64,000 bases of DNA, taken from assembly GCA_002633005.1 (NCBI GenBank), contig NMRA01000065.1, positions 735,066 to 799,065 on the forward strand, written 5' to 3'. A program made the position numbers and the translations under genes. Shown here in pieces: positions 12,308 to 26,278 of this stretch. Source of the DNA: Phoronis australis (Eukaryota > Animalia > Phoronida). Below the pieces are notes generated by a model, which made no database searches, was not told where the DNA came from, and worked only from the letters and a program-made list of their open reading frames with translations. Each line of letters opens with the position of its first letter. The first letter of the stretch is position 1.

Positions 12308-15300
12308 CTAATCGACGTCTTCTGCCATCAGTTCGCCAATAAAGGTGAAAGCTTCGCGTGCCTCATTCTCTGCCGTTTCTGAATCTGAGGCTAGTTGGTT
12401 ATGAGTTAAGGGTTCCTCACGTTCAACTCTAGAGGTGTCCATGACTGACAGTGTCTGGCCATCGGGTCGGGGTTCTTCAAAAGCGGAGGCTGTCTCCCAG
12501 TCACAGCCCGATCCATCCATAACCGAGGTTGTGTCAAAGTATTCTTCGTATCCACTTCCTGCTTCTCCTTCGTATGTGGATAATTCATCAAAATCCTCGT
12601 ATTCACACTCATTGTTTGCCTTATTCGCTACGTTGTCATCCTTCACCTGGTCGTAGATGCTACTGCCTGATGCAATGTCACACTGGGGTGTTTTATCATC
12701 GATAGCATATTCATTCTTCAGGCTTACTCTTTCCTCCACATGCGTACAGTCTCCCTCATTCAGTGTGACGTCATCGTTGTAGGCGTTAGCAACACTGGCG
12801 ATACCTGCAGCAGCGGTCCCATCTTCGCGAGAGTCTGTACCAGATGCAGTAGCGGCGGAAGCTGCAGCATCAGCGACCGTTGCACTGGTCGAAGCTACAC
12901 TAGCAGTGCCCCTTGAAACTTCAAATACACTCTCTTCTTTTTCATAATTCTCTTGTTCTACAACTACAGACTCTTCCATCGTAGCATACGATTTCAAGGT
13001 CACGTTCGCACGCATCCTCTTGGGAGGTAGACCAGCATATCTCATCATTGGTTCGGTTTCAAAGTCGATGGATAGCGACGCAAAGTCGTTCAGTTCATTG
13101 CGCATTTGTTGCAATAAAGGTCCACGTTCCTTGTATGATTTACTAATTCTCCACCTAAACCAATACAAAATCGATAGATAAAGCTGTGTCATTGCAGGTA
13201 ATTACGGGCAAGGCGGGTATTGTTGGCAGGATGGAAGTTCACTGCCCGTCTCCAACTGCGGAGACCATTTTTTTCACATTAGCTAGTACAGGACATATAT
13301 TTGCTTGTATGGTCTTGACATGCGCAAGGATCATTACAAATGAAATAGACCCTTTGTCAAAATACATTCATGGTATGGGTATATCTTTCTTTGGTGACAA
13401 TATTTCTTTAAATGTAATTGGTGATTGCTCGCCGAATAATAGTTAGTGTACTTTTCAAGGAAATTAATGTATCCAGTGTAATATACAACACCAATACATG
13501 GTGTTAATTTGATCAACAACTTACATATGGGTGGACAGCTGTTTTGCATCACTCGTCGCTTTGTCTAGAGCTTCAATGAGTACCTTCTGGTAGCCATCAC
13601 CCATGCTTTCGAGACTAACAAAGTGATTGCGAAGATCCTGTTGGAAAGACGTTTAGCGAGTCTCAGATGAATTTTCATTCAAATGTGACTACATTGATAG
13701 ACGGGATGCTGGTGACGTATGTCAAGCTTAAAGAGGTGTATTCAGAGAAAAACATTTTCGTATTCATGGTGACAACGAATACAAGAGCGGGATTACCTTA
13801 GCCATGCAGTCATGGCTTTTGAAGTTAGGGTAACATTCGAAAGTAAAGGCCTTCACGAATACGGTGTGCGAACTTTATTTCTCTGTCATTTGTCTTTGAA
13901 AACACCAGGAAACAGTGGCAATACTGTAAGAAACTGGATACAGTACCAGTCATGCCAACCCACTTATAATACTGCAATATGAACGCACGTCTTAGAACCA
14001 AAATTCCCAGCTCACCAAGTCACAACCATCCTGACTGCCAAGCGCGTGGCCGAAATCTAGGGCCTGTTTCTCGATGATAATTCTGGTTTTCGTCTTTTGA
14101 CTTTCCTAAAAAGCCAGAAATCCAACTATTAATAGCCAGGTGTAGATTTCTGTTTTTTGAGTTTCAAAACTACGAATTCCTGTCTTTTATTTTTCGAGCT
14201 GTAGACAGACCTTCTGACTTTCAGCATTGGTCTGATTTTAGTGAAACAAACTGAGACACCAACAGACTGGTTTTAGCCAAAAGACAAAGTCCAATATTCT
14301 CTCTTCTAGAAACAGGTTTCTGGCTCATTTACCGGGTTAGGTGATAGGTGAATTGTGCCTATGACTGCATGAACAGATGTGATTTTGGGAACAGGGTCGT
14401 AAGACGTGTCCTGTCAGTTCATGAACGAGTGTGGCGGCTGGTGAACCTTGTTCGTGAGTTGGTGCATAGCGTGAGCTTACTAAACCCGGCCATGACGGGT
14501 ATTTGTAAAAAGTGAACTACTTTGACGGCAATACAAGTCGTGTCCTTTGCAACTATCAAATAAAGACCGTTGTGACCGCTTATATTTCGTTTAAATGTTT
14601 CAAGTGGGGTTTGAAGCGATGCTATACATGAAAGCTGCCAGGTAGTGGCCAAGCGTGCGATACCCATCCAGGGCGAGAACAGATCAGGAATGGATATGAG
14701 CCCGAGTTTTACACTTTTTCTTTGTATTTGAACAAACCACCTGAGTGCTGCCGAAATATTTCATTGGCATCATTTCGGATGAAATTGATACACGGTCTTC
14801 AAGTGTGTATTTTTACTTTTAAAAGTATTGCTTACCTCTGACTCAAGTTTGGTCTGATTTTCAATTTTCCTTCTGTTCTTTATCAACTTTTTCGTCCTTT
14901 TCTTTAGGCGTTTCAAATTGATACCCTCAAGAAATCTGTCAAATAGAATAATGTACATGAACCATCATTAAAAAATAATTTGGAATACTTCTTGAGGGTG
15001 CATTGACAAAGGCAGTTCAATTTACATATATTGTAAACGTCACCCGTCAGCCTTAGAAGGTGCCGGGGACTTCTGCAAGGGCCTCCATTCGGAGACTGTG
15101 TCTTTCACTAAGTGATCAGCTGTCAAAAAGCAGCTAAGTAGTTCTTTCGGCAAAATCGTGGTCTCTTTTGGAAACTTGTATTGATGACTGCAGCGCTAAC
15201 TTAGATGAATGCTGCTGTTATCATCAGCTTTCCAGCTACTGTGAGAGACATGCAGATGATTTTAGGAGTCCTCTCAACAACCGAAAATCGAGAGAAAATT

Positions 15301-16984
15301 ATATTTCCCTATAGGTAACACAGATGCATAACGACAAATAAAATAGCGAATTTGATATATGACACATGTACCCTTTCCCTGTGATTTGAGTTGGTTATAG
15401 TTTTCTTATCAGGAATATCATGATACCGATTTTATGTGCGTAAAATTCCTAATTCAATTTTAGTCAGTTAACTAATATGCAGTTTAACTGTAGCTCTCTA
15501 GCTATTAGTAGCTGTGTTCTGTAATTAGGTTGACCTACATGTACGATCCATGATAATTAAAGCGACGCCTATTTACCATTACCAGCTTAATGTCAAATCA
15601 GAAGCAGGCAACTTAATTTGAAAGGTCTGGCGAGTCCGTTGTTTCAAAGCATTTTTACTTGCTAATTGAAATATTTTCCGTAGTTACGGAAGAAAAGGTT
15701 TATCATGGTAAGAGAAACTTTGCGGTCAATAGATTAAGTGGCCTAGTGTACATTTTAGTTTTTAGAAAATCCTTGACTACCCTCGAAATATAGCCAATTA
15801 ATATTGCAAGTGATGAATTTGCTTAGTTGTTAATCACTGTTCGAGAAGCGTGGTGGTTTCAAGCCCAGGCCTGACTGCGACTCCGTCATCAATGATGTAG
15901 ACATGCTCCCAGTCTCCGACTGCAGCGTTAATCAAATGTATGAGAACTTTTTGAACGATAAAGAGTGACTTGAGTCTGCGCATGGACACCTGACCTACAC
16001 ATACAGCGTGATTAGAGTTGACTGTTCGCACTTTACCTGTCTAGGTTGCAAACAACTGAATCCAGGGTTTTGTCGCTGTTCCTCCGATGAGCCACAGAGC
16101 TGTATATCATGTCGTTGGTCATGAGGTTCAAGACCTCTTTCGCGATTGGTGGCGAGTGGTCAAGCAGACCAAAGATTCTGGCTGCGGCTCGTTCTAGCTG
16201 CATACCAAAGAGCTTCTCGGCACGTGCTTTTATCTGTAACGCGTCCTTCAGTCCCTCCATAAACCTATCGAAAATAAATGGTTCCTGGTAGCTAATAGAC
16301 TGGTACGGACAACAACTGATGAGTGATGAAAGCCGGCAGCCTCTAAGATGGATACTCGGCAAAATTGGCTAAAACGAAAAATCTAGTGGCTATGATGATG
16401 TAAACAGTTATGTAATTGGTTAATACAAGGGGAGGGGAACGAAGATAAGAATAACTGACGAAGAAAAAAACAAGAAGGTCATGATGATGAAGATGAAGAA
16501 GACTGTTATAAAGACGGGAATAATAAGGATAAGCATGAAGAAAATAACAATGAATTAGTTATATAACTGTTGACCATTTCTTAAACCTATGTTTTATTTT
16601 ATGTAATTGTCTTGAAACCGTTGATTCATTGGTCATCTTATATCGTAAGTCATGAAAGACTTGAAAAAGAGTGATCAAGCTCAAGAACAATGTATAGGTG
16701 GCAGGTTTTTGAAAATCGAAGTGTATTAAGGTTTGTTGATGAGGGTTGTGGTTCCAATTAAGTGACAGTAGTATCATAATATAATTAATAAAGCTACAGG
16801 TTTATAATGCACGTTGTGGCAATGCCATGAGTATTTTAAGACTGATGTTCACGGGAAAGATTTTCCTGAAAAGCGATATAAATTAAGTACCATAAAGATA
16901 TTCTCTTATAACTTACCTCATACCAGAAGCGATGTCTTCAAATTTTTCCTTCAGGGTTTTCCCAAATTCTTCTAGTTGAATCAT
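12308..16984 (-). CDS. Divergent F-BAR/FCH-like coiled-coil protein with an acidic low-complexity C-terminal tail; exons 16917-16984, 16037-16264, 14836-14935, 14016-14105, (13797-13923?), 13525-13637, 12308-13154
   Basis: Six exons with GT-AG sites join in consistent phase into an ORF of about 481 aa. FMEGLKDALQIKARAEKLFGMQLERAA resembles FCH helix 2, and FVSLESMGDGYQKVLIEAL resembles the F-BAR helix 4/5 region. The gene model is well supported; the domain call is tentative. Confidence 0.6.
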
Positions 16985-19545
16985 ATTTCGTCCTGCACAG
17001 TTTACTTACAGAAACTAACTTCTTGTAATGTTTGTGACGTAGAACAATATGTGATGACGCGATTTTCTCGCGTATTTCGCATATTTGGTTCTGCTTGCGT
17101 ACTCATCTGAACACTAGATGGCGTTACCGCAACATACATACATGTAAGATACGAACATACACATCTCATGAGTTAAATTTAAATGATAGTAGGCCTACGC
17201 AATAGACGCAGCTATCTTGTTGACATGTTCCATATTTTTTTTCCGTTTTATACGCTATGTTTTCCTACATTCTGTCCCTCGGAGGTCAGCATAGAAAAGT
17301 AATCATGCCATGCAATTAACAGTTTTGTAAGCACGTGGTTAAAGCCCAGATATCGAGGTTTTTGTAGAGGCACCTCCACTTTCTATCAAAAGGAGTTTCA
17401 AGTATGTTTTTGTAACCAATTTTATGATGGTTTGACTAAAAATCCTCAATTAAGATTTAATTATTTTCAGAAGTAGTTATTTGGAGCGCAAGATCAGATT
17501 TTCGAGTTATTTTCATGAACTTATTTTTGAAATTGTCAATCAGTCCATTTTTGTAGATACATGTACATAAACATGTAAATCAGAACCCAAAAACGAATCC
17601 ATAAGCTATGAGTTTATCTTGATTTAATGACCCAATTCCTTTTTGATTCCCTGTAAGTGATTTTAACGACAAATCGTGTACCTTGAATTGTGAGTTAACT
17701 TTTGGGAAGTGTCCAAATTTCATCAATGTCTTTGATAATTATTTTAGCTATGCAAAAACGTCCAAGTGCACTTCACTACTTGAGACCGGATTATAGAGCT
17801 TTTTCCATATTCATACTGCAGATAAATTCCCTAAAACATCGTCATTTCTTAAAAGATTAGCTTCTTATTACCAGAAATCATCTAATAACCTGTCGGTTTT
17901 GATGTAAAACATGTAAATCAGAAACCAACGAATATTAAAACGGAATGGTATATTAAGAAATTTCCGCAGGCATGCTTCCAGATTTTACTGGTAACCAGGG
18001 GAACATGGACGATTTGGCATTCACATTAAGGTGTATTTTGCTCATTTACGAATGTTTTGATGCTGCTGTGCTGTGCACGAATGTTTTGTGTTTTTGATGA
18101 ATTTCGAATATCAGCTTACCTTGGTGAATTCTTGGCAGTGTCAGATTTACAAGTATAGAGGGACAAAAGGATAATTCGCTCGGACCGCCCCACCGAGAGA
18201 GGGTGTCGTCTGAAACGGGACACCCTGAGACTCATTAAGCTTGGAAAAGAGCAAGAGTGACAGCTCATTCCATTGTCACGTGACCCTGAAGGAAGTGACC
18301 TTACTCAGCATAAACGCTGGTTGTACGAATTCACAAAAATACAAGAAAATAAGGCTAATCCATTCCAACAATGGTCCATCTCTTCGCGAGAGGCCCCTTA
18401 AAAATTTATCAAATAAAAACACAAGTTGCTTGGTCACTTGAATGTCATCAATGGCTTTTTGAAGAGCTGGGCCCCTAAGTATGAAAAGTCTATATTTTCA
18501 AAAGTCGGGAAATGCGCAGCAATTGGTGTTATCTTCCAGACCATCAATTTTCTCAAGTGATACACAGTTTAGAGAAAATAACACGAAAAAATAGAACGAC
18601 AGTTGTCGCCTTTATCCCTTGCTAGAGAAGGTCCTCTGGGAAATATAATTTTGCATTTACAAGNNNNNNNNNNNNNNNNNNNNNNNNNNNNNNNNNNNNN
18701 NNNNNNNNNNNNNNNNNNNNNNNNNNNNNNNNNNNNNNNNNNNNNNNNNNNNNNNNNNNNNNNNNNNNNNNNNNNNNNNNNNNNNNNNNNNNNNNNNNNN
18801 NNNNNNNNNNNNNNNNNNNNNNNNNNNNNNNNNNNNNNNNNNNNNNNNNNNNNNNNNNNNNNNNNNNNNNNNNNNNNNNNNNNNNNNNNNNNNNNNNNNN
18901 NNNNNNNNNNNNNNNNNNNNNNNNNNNNNNNNNNNNNNNNNNNNNNNNNNNNNNNNNNNNNNNNNNNNNNNNNNNNNNNNNNNNNNNNNNNNNNNNNNNN
19001 NNNNNNNNNNNNNNNNNNNNNNNNNNNNNNNNNNNNNNNNNNNNNNNNNNNNNNNNNNNNNNNNNNNNNNNNNNNNNNNNNNNNNNNNNNNNNNNNNNNN
19101 NNNNNNNNNNNNNNNNNNNNNNNNNNNNNNNNNNNNNNNNNNNNNNNNNNNNNNNNNNNNNNNNNNNNNNNNNNNNNNNNNNNNNNNNNNNNNNNNNNNN
19201 NNNNNNNNNNNNNNNNNNNNNNNNNNNNNCCCCACGAGTACCACTCTCACCAAAGTTAGGCCCTACACAGTGGATGTGTGCCTCGGAGTTAAGGGAGATG
19301 TTGAGTTTATAGGCTAGGAGCCAGTGCTCCCTAGATTTTTCTGCACCTTGTTGTGGCATAGATTGTCGCTATTGACAGTCGACCGGGCGTTCACAGCATA
19401 TATTGTGGCATCCAACACATACTGTCGCCCTAGTTAGAGGAAACAATATACGTCGTTAGTGCTATAGAACCTGTTACATTGTGATGCCACATACGCACAG
19501 TCATATTGTCGCTATGCACGAAGGTAGTGCGTGTAGGCCCATATA

Positions 19546-19620
19546 CGCACACCCACGCAAACACACACGCACATGCACACACACACACACACACACACAC
19601 ACGCGCGCGCACATATACAC
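19546..19620. repeat. (CA)n microsatellite
   Basis: Visible imperfect CA tract. Confidence 0.95.
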
Positions 19621-21949
19621 GAGTCGGAAGGTACGGCAAAGCCAAAAGTAGAAACGAGGACTCTCTCAGATGGTGGTTTTCCCAAGTACCTTCGGTACAA
19701 TCAGGCTGTAAATTGTAAAGGGAATGTACCGAAATGCATTAGCCGTTGTCGGCGTGGAAACATGCCCAGGCTTTCGGCAAGTTTTTGGCTGCAGCACTTG
19801 GAATGAACAGTTGTCGGCAGGACAATGAATTAAGTACGGGGATTTGTTAATATAGGCGCTTACATGCAACAATTAACCATTGAAAAACAAGCCCTTCATT
19901 ATGCTTACTGGAAATACATCGATAACATTAAAAATTAATTCGAAAATAACAAAAATATGACAGTCTTGGTTTTATTGCCAAAGATTTGAAGGCAATGCAG
20001 TAGCAGGCGGTGCAAAACTTCGGTAAGAGTAAGTTCAGAGAACACATGAAGTTGATCTAAAAACAGTGAAAACTTTTCCCACTAAAGCGCACCCAACCGA
20101 CCTTTTTTGGAAACACGTTTTCCATTTCGGTCAACGCTATGTTTCGGTCACTAGAGGTTTGTGTGAGTGCAGCACAGCCGCCTAGTTAAAATTTCATTTA
20201 CGCCTTTTATAGTCATTAATTAAACTTCGTCCTGGGTTATGTTTTCGTCAAACTAGTGGCGCAAACTACGCAATGTATGATGTCTATCGAGTCTCGATTG
20301 AGTGCCTTCAGGAAGGGCGAAGGTCTTGTTGAAGAGATCGAGGCGCACATACAATTTACTATAACTTTTTGGAATCTATTGTCAACATGTGTTTGCATGC
20401 AGTACCGACGACACATGTGTGTGCATGCAGTACCGAAGACATTTCTTCCTCCCCACTTAGACACGTAACCCTTCTGTAAATAAGTATCTACGTCCCGACC
20501 TATAGCCCAAATTACCAACCCGGTATGCCCTAACAGCAAGTAAATTAAATGAGTTCCATCCACCCCAAAATGATAATCCACGACATTGGCAAGGCAGGCA
20601 AGTGGATTTTCAAGTGAAAAGGATAGCCGCGTCAAATGTGAGACTGCTTAAAAGCAGTCGGTCGCAGATAGTATTGGTGTCCTCAACAGGCTTCATACTC
20701 TAGGAAAATGAAGGTTCAATAGCAAGCTGTGACCAAACTAGCTTTTCTTGCGAGTGTCTTAACAAAACGCTGCACAGGACTGGCGGGCAGTGCATCTAGC
20801 TTAAAACAAAGACAGTTCTCATTAAATTAAATTAATTGCCGTATGTCTAGTGTTATTATTCCACTGCTATAAACCCGCGCGCTTTTTGCCCTCAAGAATG
20901 CGTGCAAGAAAAATCCTGCAAAACGTCTTAGCTTAGAGTCTATTTTATGGTATTGAGTTTTTAAGAATTTAATCGTAAAAACTCGGCAGTTTTCAAAAAT
21001 TGTCTGGTTTCATCTATGCAGTATCTTGCTGTATCCTGGTGTGGCAGGAATTTTTTGCTAAAAAAATTGATTTGACTCTCAGATAGAAGAATTCACTAGA
21101 TACACAGACTGAGAGCACATCACAACAAACTGACCCAACCAAATTTGAGTCCAGTTACTGTACTGTATGCCCACGCTGAAAGAATTTCCATTTTGGCTGT
21201 AGTCTACTCTTCAACATGAAACACATAACTGTGCTTCCAATTACACTAAAAGACACCGGTATTCGGACGAAACGATCAGGAATTATCCATCCTGACAGCT
21301 GAGTGGAAGTCATGGTTACAGTAGTCTTCCCTAGCAACTAAGAATGAAGAGAAATTAACAGGAATGTTAGTAAGGTGGCTATGCCATTTTTAATTTGAAT
21401 TTTACCGCCCTATTAGTTACTACAAGGAAAATTAGCGGTGATGAGAGGGAATGGTATCATGTCTGATTTTTTCTTAATATACCGTGTAGATCTCTCACTA
21501 TTATGTAAAAGCTAACCAAGGACAGGTTCCGTCTGGAAAGGTCACAAGAGACTGCAAATTCAACAATTATGTCTAGCTGAACTGTTAGTAATACCTGGTT
21601 TGCCATTTACAGCAGGAGTTGCGAGATGAACATGATTAGATTTCCAAACCTGTTATGACCTGCAGTGACAGGGAATGAAGATAAGACCATTGGTGCATGT
21701 CATAGACTAAGACGTCCCCTTAGTTGCTTAGTTTTAAAGTTAATTTGCCTGGAGTGGATGAGGTTCTAGAGAGCAGGCATGTGACTCCTGTTTGCTGGCC
21801 TGGTCTGGTCTTTGTACCACGGGTTAGTCCTGGTGGTAATAGATGTTTGATTATGAGAGGAGAGCTCCCATAAAACCCGTGAATAATGAACACAGTCGAG
21901 TCTTCAGAAAATCAAGAAAAGCTCAAAACTCCGAAGTGGGATTCTGCAG

Positions 21950-22830
21950 TCTGTTATCCCGTACAACAATGTTCCCTTTGATGTTGCTTCAACTTCAGGC
22001 TGTTCCTAAACGTTTTCCCGCAATGCTCACATTTGACGGTGACGTCTCCAACTTTATGAACGATCCGTTTGTGTCCTTTCATTATATCGGCATAAAATAA
22101 CTTCTTTTTCAAATGTCACATTCAAAGTTGCGCTCCTTCATGTTCACAGACCGTATGCCTAGTTAAGAAGGGATTCTGGTAGAACGTCTTGCCACATATA
22201 TCACACCTGTGATTTCTGTCGCCTGTATGCCGTTTGTAGTGAGCCGACAACGCGCTGGAGCTTGTTAAGCCTTTTCCGCAGACATTGCATTTGTATGGCT
22301 TCTCTTCAGTGTGCGTCCACACATGAAACTTCAGATTGTAGGCACCTCGGAAATTTTTGTACCACACACCACACGGCAGCGGCTTCTCTCGGGTGTGAAT
22401 TATTTTGTGACTGTCCACATACTGTTAAGAGTAAAACTCGCCACCGCAAACGTCGCAGTTGAAGTGTCTGTCCTTCACATATGATACATAATGTGTTTTT
22501 CAACTGCCCACCTGCTGGACTGCTTTTTCGCACAAAAGTTACACTTTTAAGTGTAACTTTTGTGCGAAAAATAGCTTGTGGTCTAACACTCGTACTTGTC
22601 ACAATACGTATGCTTGTAAAATGCTGCCATGCAGTGAAATGTCATGGGACAAGCACAGCATTGATAGCGTAATTGAATATGCTCTGCAATGTGTACAGCT
22701 ACCGTCTTAATGCTACCAAATATTCTGAAGCAGGTGCCACATTTATACACCAGGTGGCGCTGGTAGTCACGGTCCGTCGTGTCTGAACTTTTTGATGTGA
22801 ATCCACAAACGTCGCATGTAAGGACAGTTT
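21950..22830 (-). pseudogene. Decayed multi-C2H2 zinc-finger gene
   Basis: Fingers YKCGTCFRIF..H..EH, HTREKPLPCGVW, HTEEKPYKCNVCGKG..H..RH, TGDRNHRCDICGKTF and KCEHCGKTFRNSLKLKQHQREH, separated by stops and frameshifts; some Cys ligands are lost. Confidence 0.8.
22524..22571. repeat. Perfect inverted repeat (23-bp arms, 2-nt spacer)
   Basis: tttttcgcacaaaagttacactt-tt-aagtgtaacttttgtgcgaaaaa. Confidence 0.95.
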
Positions 22831-23308
22831 CAAGCCGCTTGCTGGTTTAATTATTTTGCAGAAATTGTTACACCAGCAGACCTTTGGCAGACACTCTTTA
22901 AGTGAGAATGAAACTCGACATGATTTCAGCAAATATTTTCTACAAAACAGTGACATTTACCGATTTGAAGTTAAATCACAAAAACACGATGGATTTTGTT
23001 ATTTTATATCTTTGGTCAAAGATAACGAAGAAAATCCATCCCATCCAAACATATCAATCAAAGTGCGTTTTATCGACCGTAGATTAAAAATGGCCGTTGA
23101 AACCTTACCGTATCACATTCACTCGCTTATACGTATGTGAACGTTTTAAATGAAACCCATCAGCCATTTCTGAAATTTGATGCTCGGAAGTAAATTTTCT
23201 AGGTTATTACGTAACCGTGAGATTAAAAACCTGCTCTTATAGCCAATTATCTAAACATCTATCAGTATTGCGAAACTATATGTATTTCTGAAAGTAGAAA
23301 GCCAGTTA

Positions 23309-23619
23309 CAGTGGCGGATCTACGGGGGGTTCAGGGGGTTTAAACCCCCCTCGGGCCAGGACCCAAAATTAAAAAAAACGTCTCCAGCAAAACAGAAACG
23401 GCACCGCCAGCGTGTGTAAACCCCAAGTAAACCAACTTGGAAAAAATGAGGGGGGGAGTTCAGTCTGAGAATATGTTTTTTTCATTGCGAATTGCTGTTA
23501 TTAAAATCAACGCATTTTGAGTCTTCATGGCTCATCGGCAAAACCCCGGAGATCAAATGTGCGCGCGCTTCCGTCGACACTTCTGAAGTAGCCAAGCATT
23601 TTAGATGGATCCACCGCTG
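23309..23619. mobile_element. MITE-like element with CAGTGGCGGATC terminal inverted repeats
   Basis: cagtggcggatc...gatccaccgctg; related termini occur at 4860, about 25902-25915 and 31084. Confidence 0.55.
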
Positions 23620-26188
23620 AAAGAGCAGCTATATAGCTGATTTCTTTAGGTAACTAGTTTCTTTACTCTAAGATATGTTTTGATTTGATTAGGGGAAATA
23701 CTGTGGTGCCGCAACCCTGATATTCAGGCGAATTGACGTGCAAAGTTTTTACCTCATCTGTCATGCCGTGTCATCCTATTACACCTCACACGTTTGTAAC
23801 TGATGTATAGTAAAGTTGTCTTGTGCAGTATCATACAGTGTATATGTACATGTAATACTCTAAAAAAAACTCGTTTTCCGAAGAATTGCTATTGTGGAGG
23901 GCGCCGAGGTCTGGTCGCGAGTCTGTTTGAAGATGCACTCTAACAAGTTATGTCTATGCAAGGAATGACAAAGGGGGCACTCACATTGACAAAGTGACCG
24001 GATTCGCGAACAGTGTACAGTACCAGAAATTTGCTGGGAGGCTGTATTTTCACAACAAAGTCTTGCGGGACTCGTGCGATGTTCAATAGGCCTCCTAAGG
24101 AGCCCGAAGTGCCGTCCTCAACACCTATCGTCTTTCTACCTGCAATAAGCATCACTGACATTTTCTATACTGGGAATTTCCGCAGAAAGGCTCACCCGAC
24201 GAAGCGCCCATGCCCATGGGCATTTATTTGATGTTAGTACTTCGGGTTTCAAACGTTCAGACATTGGGACGTTTATTTCGAAAATTGTAAGAGATGCAAA
24301 TTGGTCCTGGGATACATCGTCAAGGTTTGAAGTAGTCCGTGATGAACGGATCAAATTTAGTTGTGCATGCTGTAAGTCTTTTAAATGGACTTGGTAACCT
24401 CAGGGGACTTAGTGCCAACTGAGCTGCGAAACGAGATGCTGGCATTGTAGAGGCGTACAAGCTTATTGACAGAGCAGTTGACGAAGTGCAAGTTTTGGGA
24501 ACAAACATCAAATATGTCTGGGTAGAATGGTTCCAAGACGAGCAAACCATTGGATTCGATATACAGATTCCTCGGCAGCCTAGACAACAGAAAGATAGGA
24601 CCAACGTTCCTGGAGAAACACCCAGGTAATAAGTTATAATTCTACACAGTTTTTAATAATGTCGGTTTTTTATGCTTGTGTACAATGAAAACGAAATAGA
24701 AATTATTTTTGGACATGCCAAATTTACCCAGTACAGCAGAGGGTCTACGAGCGCACAGAAACTGATTTTTTTGTATTTCCACTTGAGTCTATCTGCTTCA
24801 TATCCAAAATCTATTTCACATAGTGCGTAGTTAAATCTGTACTCAATACTTGTTTCTTCCAGGGAGTACCGGGTACTACAGAACGGTGCGAAAACCTTTC
24901 CTAGACAACCTCTCGCAGATGTGTAAACTACACGTATGAGCAACCACTGGGGATTAAAAAGTGTATAGAAAGAAGTTTTCAATTCCAAATTTTTTGCAAA
25001 GTACTCTTTAGGTCTCGTGACGGTGCACACGATGTTTTGGTTTCGTGAAACTGTTTTCAGATGATTTGTTTCCTTATACATTTGACGTTTTTCAATTGAT
25101 ATCAACGTGATTCAGCTTAATAAAGTGATACTTAATTGTTTATTGTCACTTTTAATAATAGACTATGCGCTAAGAGCACCGACGTTCGCCAGTTTTTCTC
25201 GTAACGAGACAGAACACATGTTTATTTCCGGACTAACAGTGCAGGTCTTCTTTCTTAAACAGCTTGAGGCTGTTGCGATCGTCTGATATTCAAGATTTTA
25301 CACTGCGTCGGTGCTGCTTATGCTCTTGAATATTTGGTAGTTGTCTAAACCCCTGTATACACACCACACTTTTTCGTATGCTAAAAAGGTGTGTGTAAGC
25401 CGATGTTCCAACAAAAAATTTTTGTTTGTGGCGTGACTCATACCCAAATGTGCACAAATATGGTTTCACGAAACTTGTGAGCCAAGTTCATGTGACGAAA
25501 TCGAGAAGGGTTTTTAATTATCTTAAGAAAAACTCCAGGGACATGTTAAGTGCCAGAAACGTACCAGGATGCATGGAAATTTCACTGTTTGGCTACAAAA
25601 ACAAAAAGTTGTCTTACACGGGAGGGGNNNNNNNNNNNNNNNNNNNNNNNNNNNNNNNNNNNNNNNNNNNNNNNNNNNNNNNNNNNNNNNNNNNNNNNNN
25701 NNNNNNNNNNNNNNNNNNNNNNNNNNNNNNNNNNNNNNNNNNNNNNNNNNNNNNNNNNNNNNNNNNNNNNNNNNNNNNNNNNNNNNNNNNNNNNNNNNNN
25801 NNNNNNNNNNNNNNNNNNNNNNNNNNNNCCCCCCGCTCGGCGCCACGCGCCTGGCTCGGATTCGACCTTTGCGGGAATCCTAACCCCCCAACTGAAAACG
25901 TAGATCCGCCACTGCAGTACGATTCGATTTTTAATCTTATATCACCCTGGCAGTGATGGGTGACTGGATAACGCCATGAAAGTAAAAGTACGTACACTCG
26001 TACCAGCAAAGCAACGGTATGATCAATACTTTTTGTTTTTGTTTCGTGCAACTTTACGTAAACGTTACATCAGTACCTCATTGACGACAAAACTTTAAAA
26101 GCTGTTTCTTTATAACACCAGTTTGAAGAACAATGCACAAATGATAGAATAATTTGTATCCGACGAGTTGCTCTGGTATTCCCAAGAA

Positions 26189-26278
26189 TGAATGTTAGAT
26201 GTAAAAGTGTATTGTAGGTCTAGTGCGATGAGCTATATCACGTGACGTGTTAGATGTACAAGTGTATTGTAGTGCGGT
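26189..26278 (+). repeat. About 49-bp minisatellite, left part (continues at 32672-32790)
   Basis: The unit atgacctatatcatgtgacgtgttagatgtacaagtgtattgtagtgca appears on both sides of the 26279-32671 insertion. Confidence 0.8.

Noticed and set aside
17111-17125. CTCF-like motif CACTAGATGGCG (similar at about 51335)
   Set aside because: A short motif with no supporting evidence; such motifs are frequent in transposon sequence.
18603-19359. ORFs of 198-245 aa in the ORF track
   Set aside because: Artefacts of reading through the N gap at 18664-19229.
25426-26051. Several ORFs spanning Ns
   Set aside because: Artefacts of the gap at 25628-25828.
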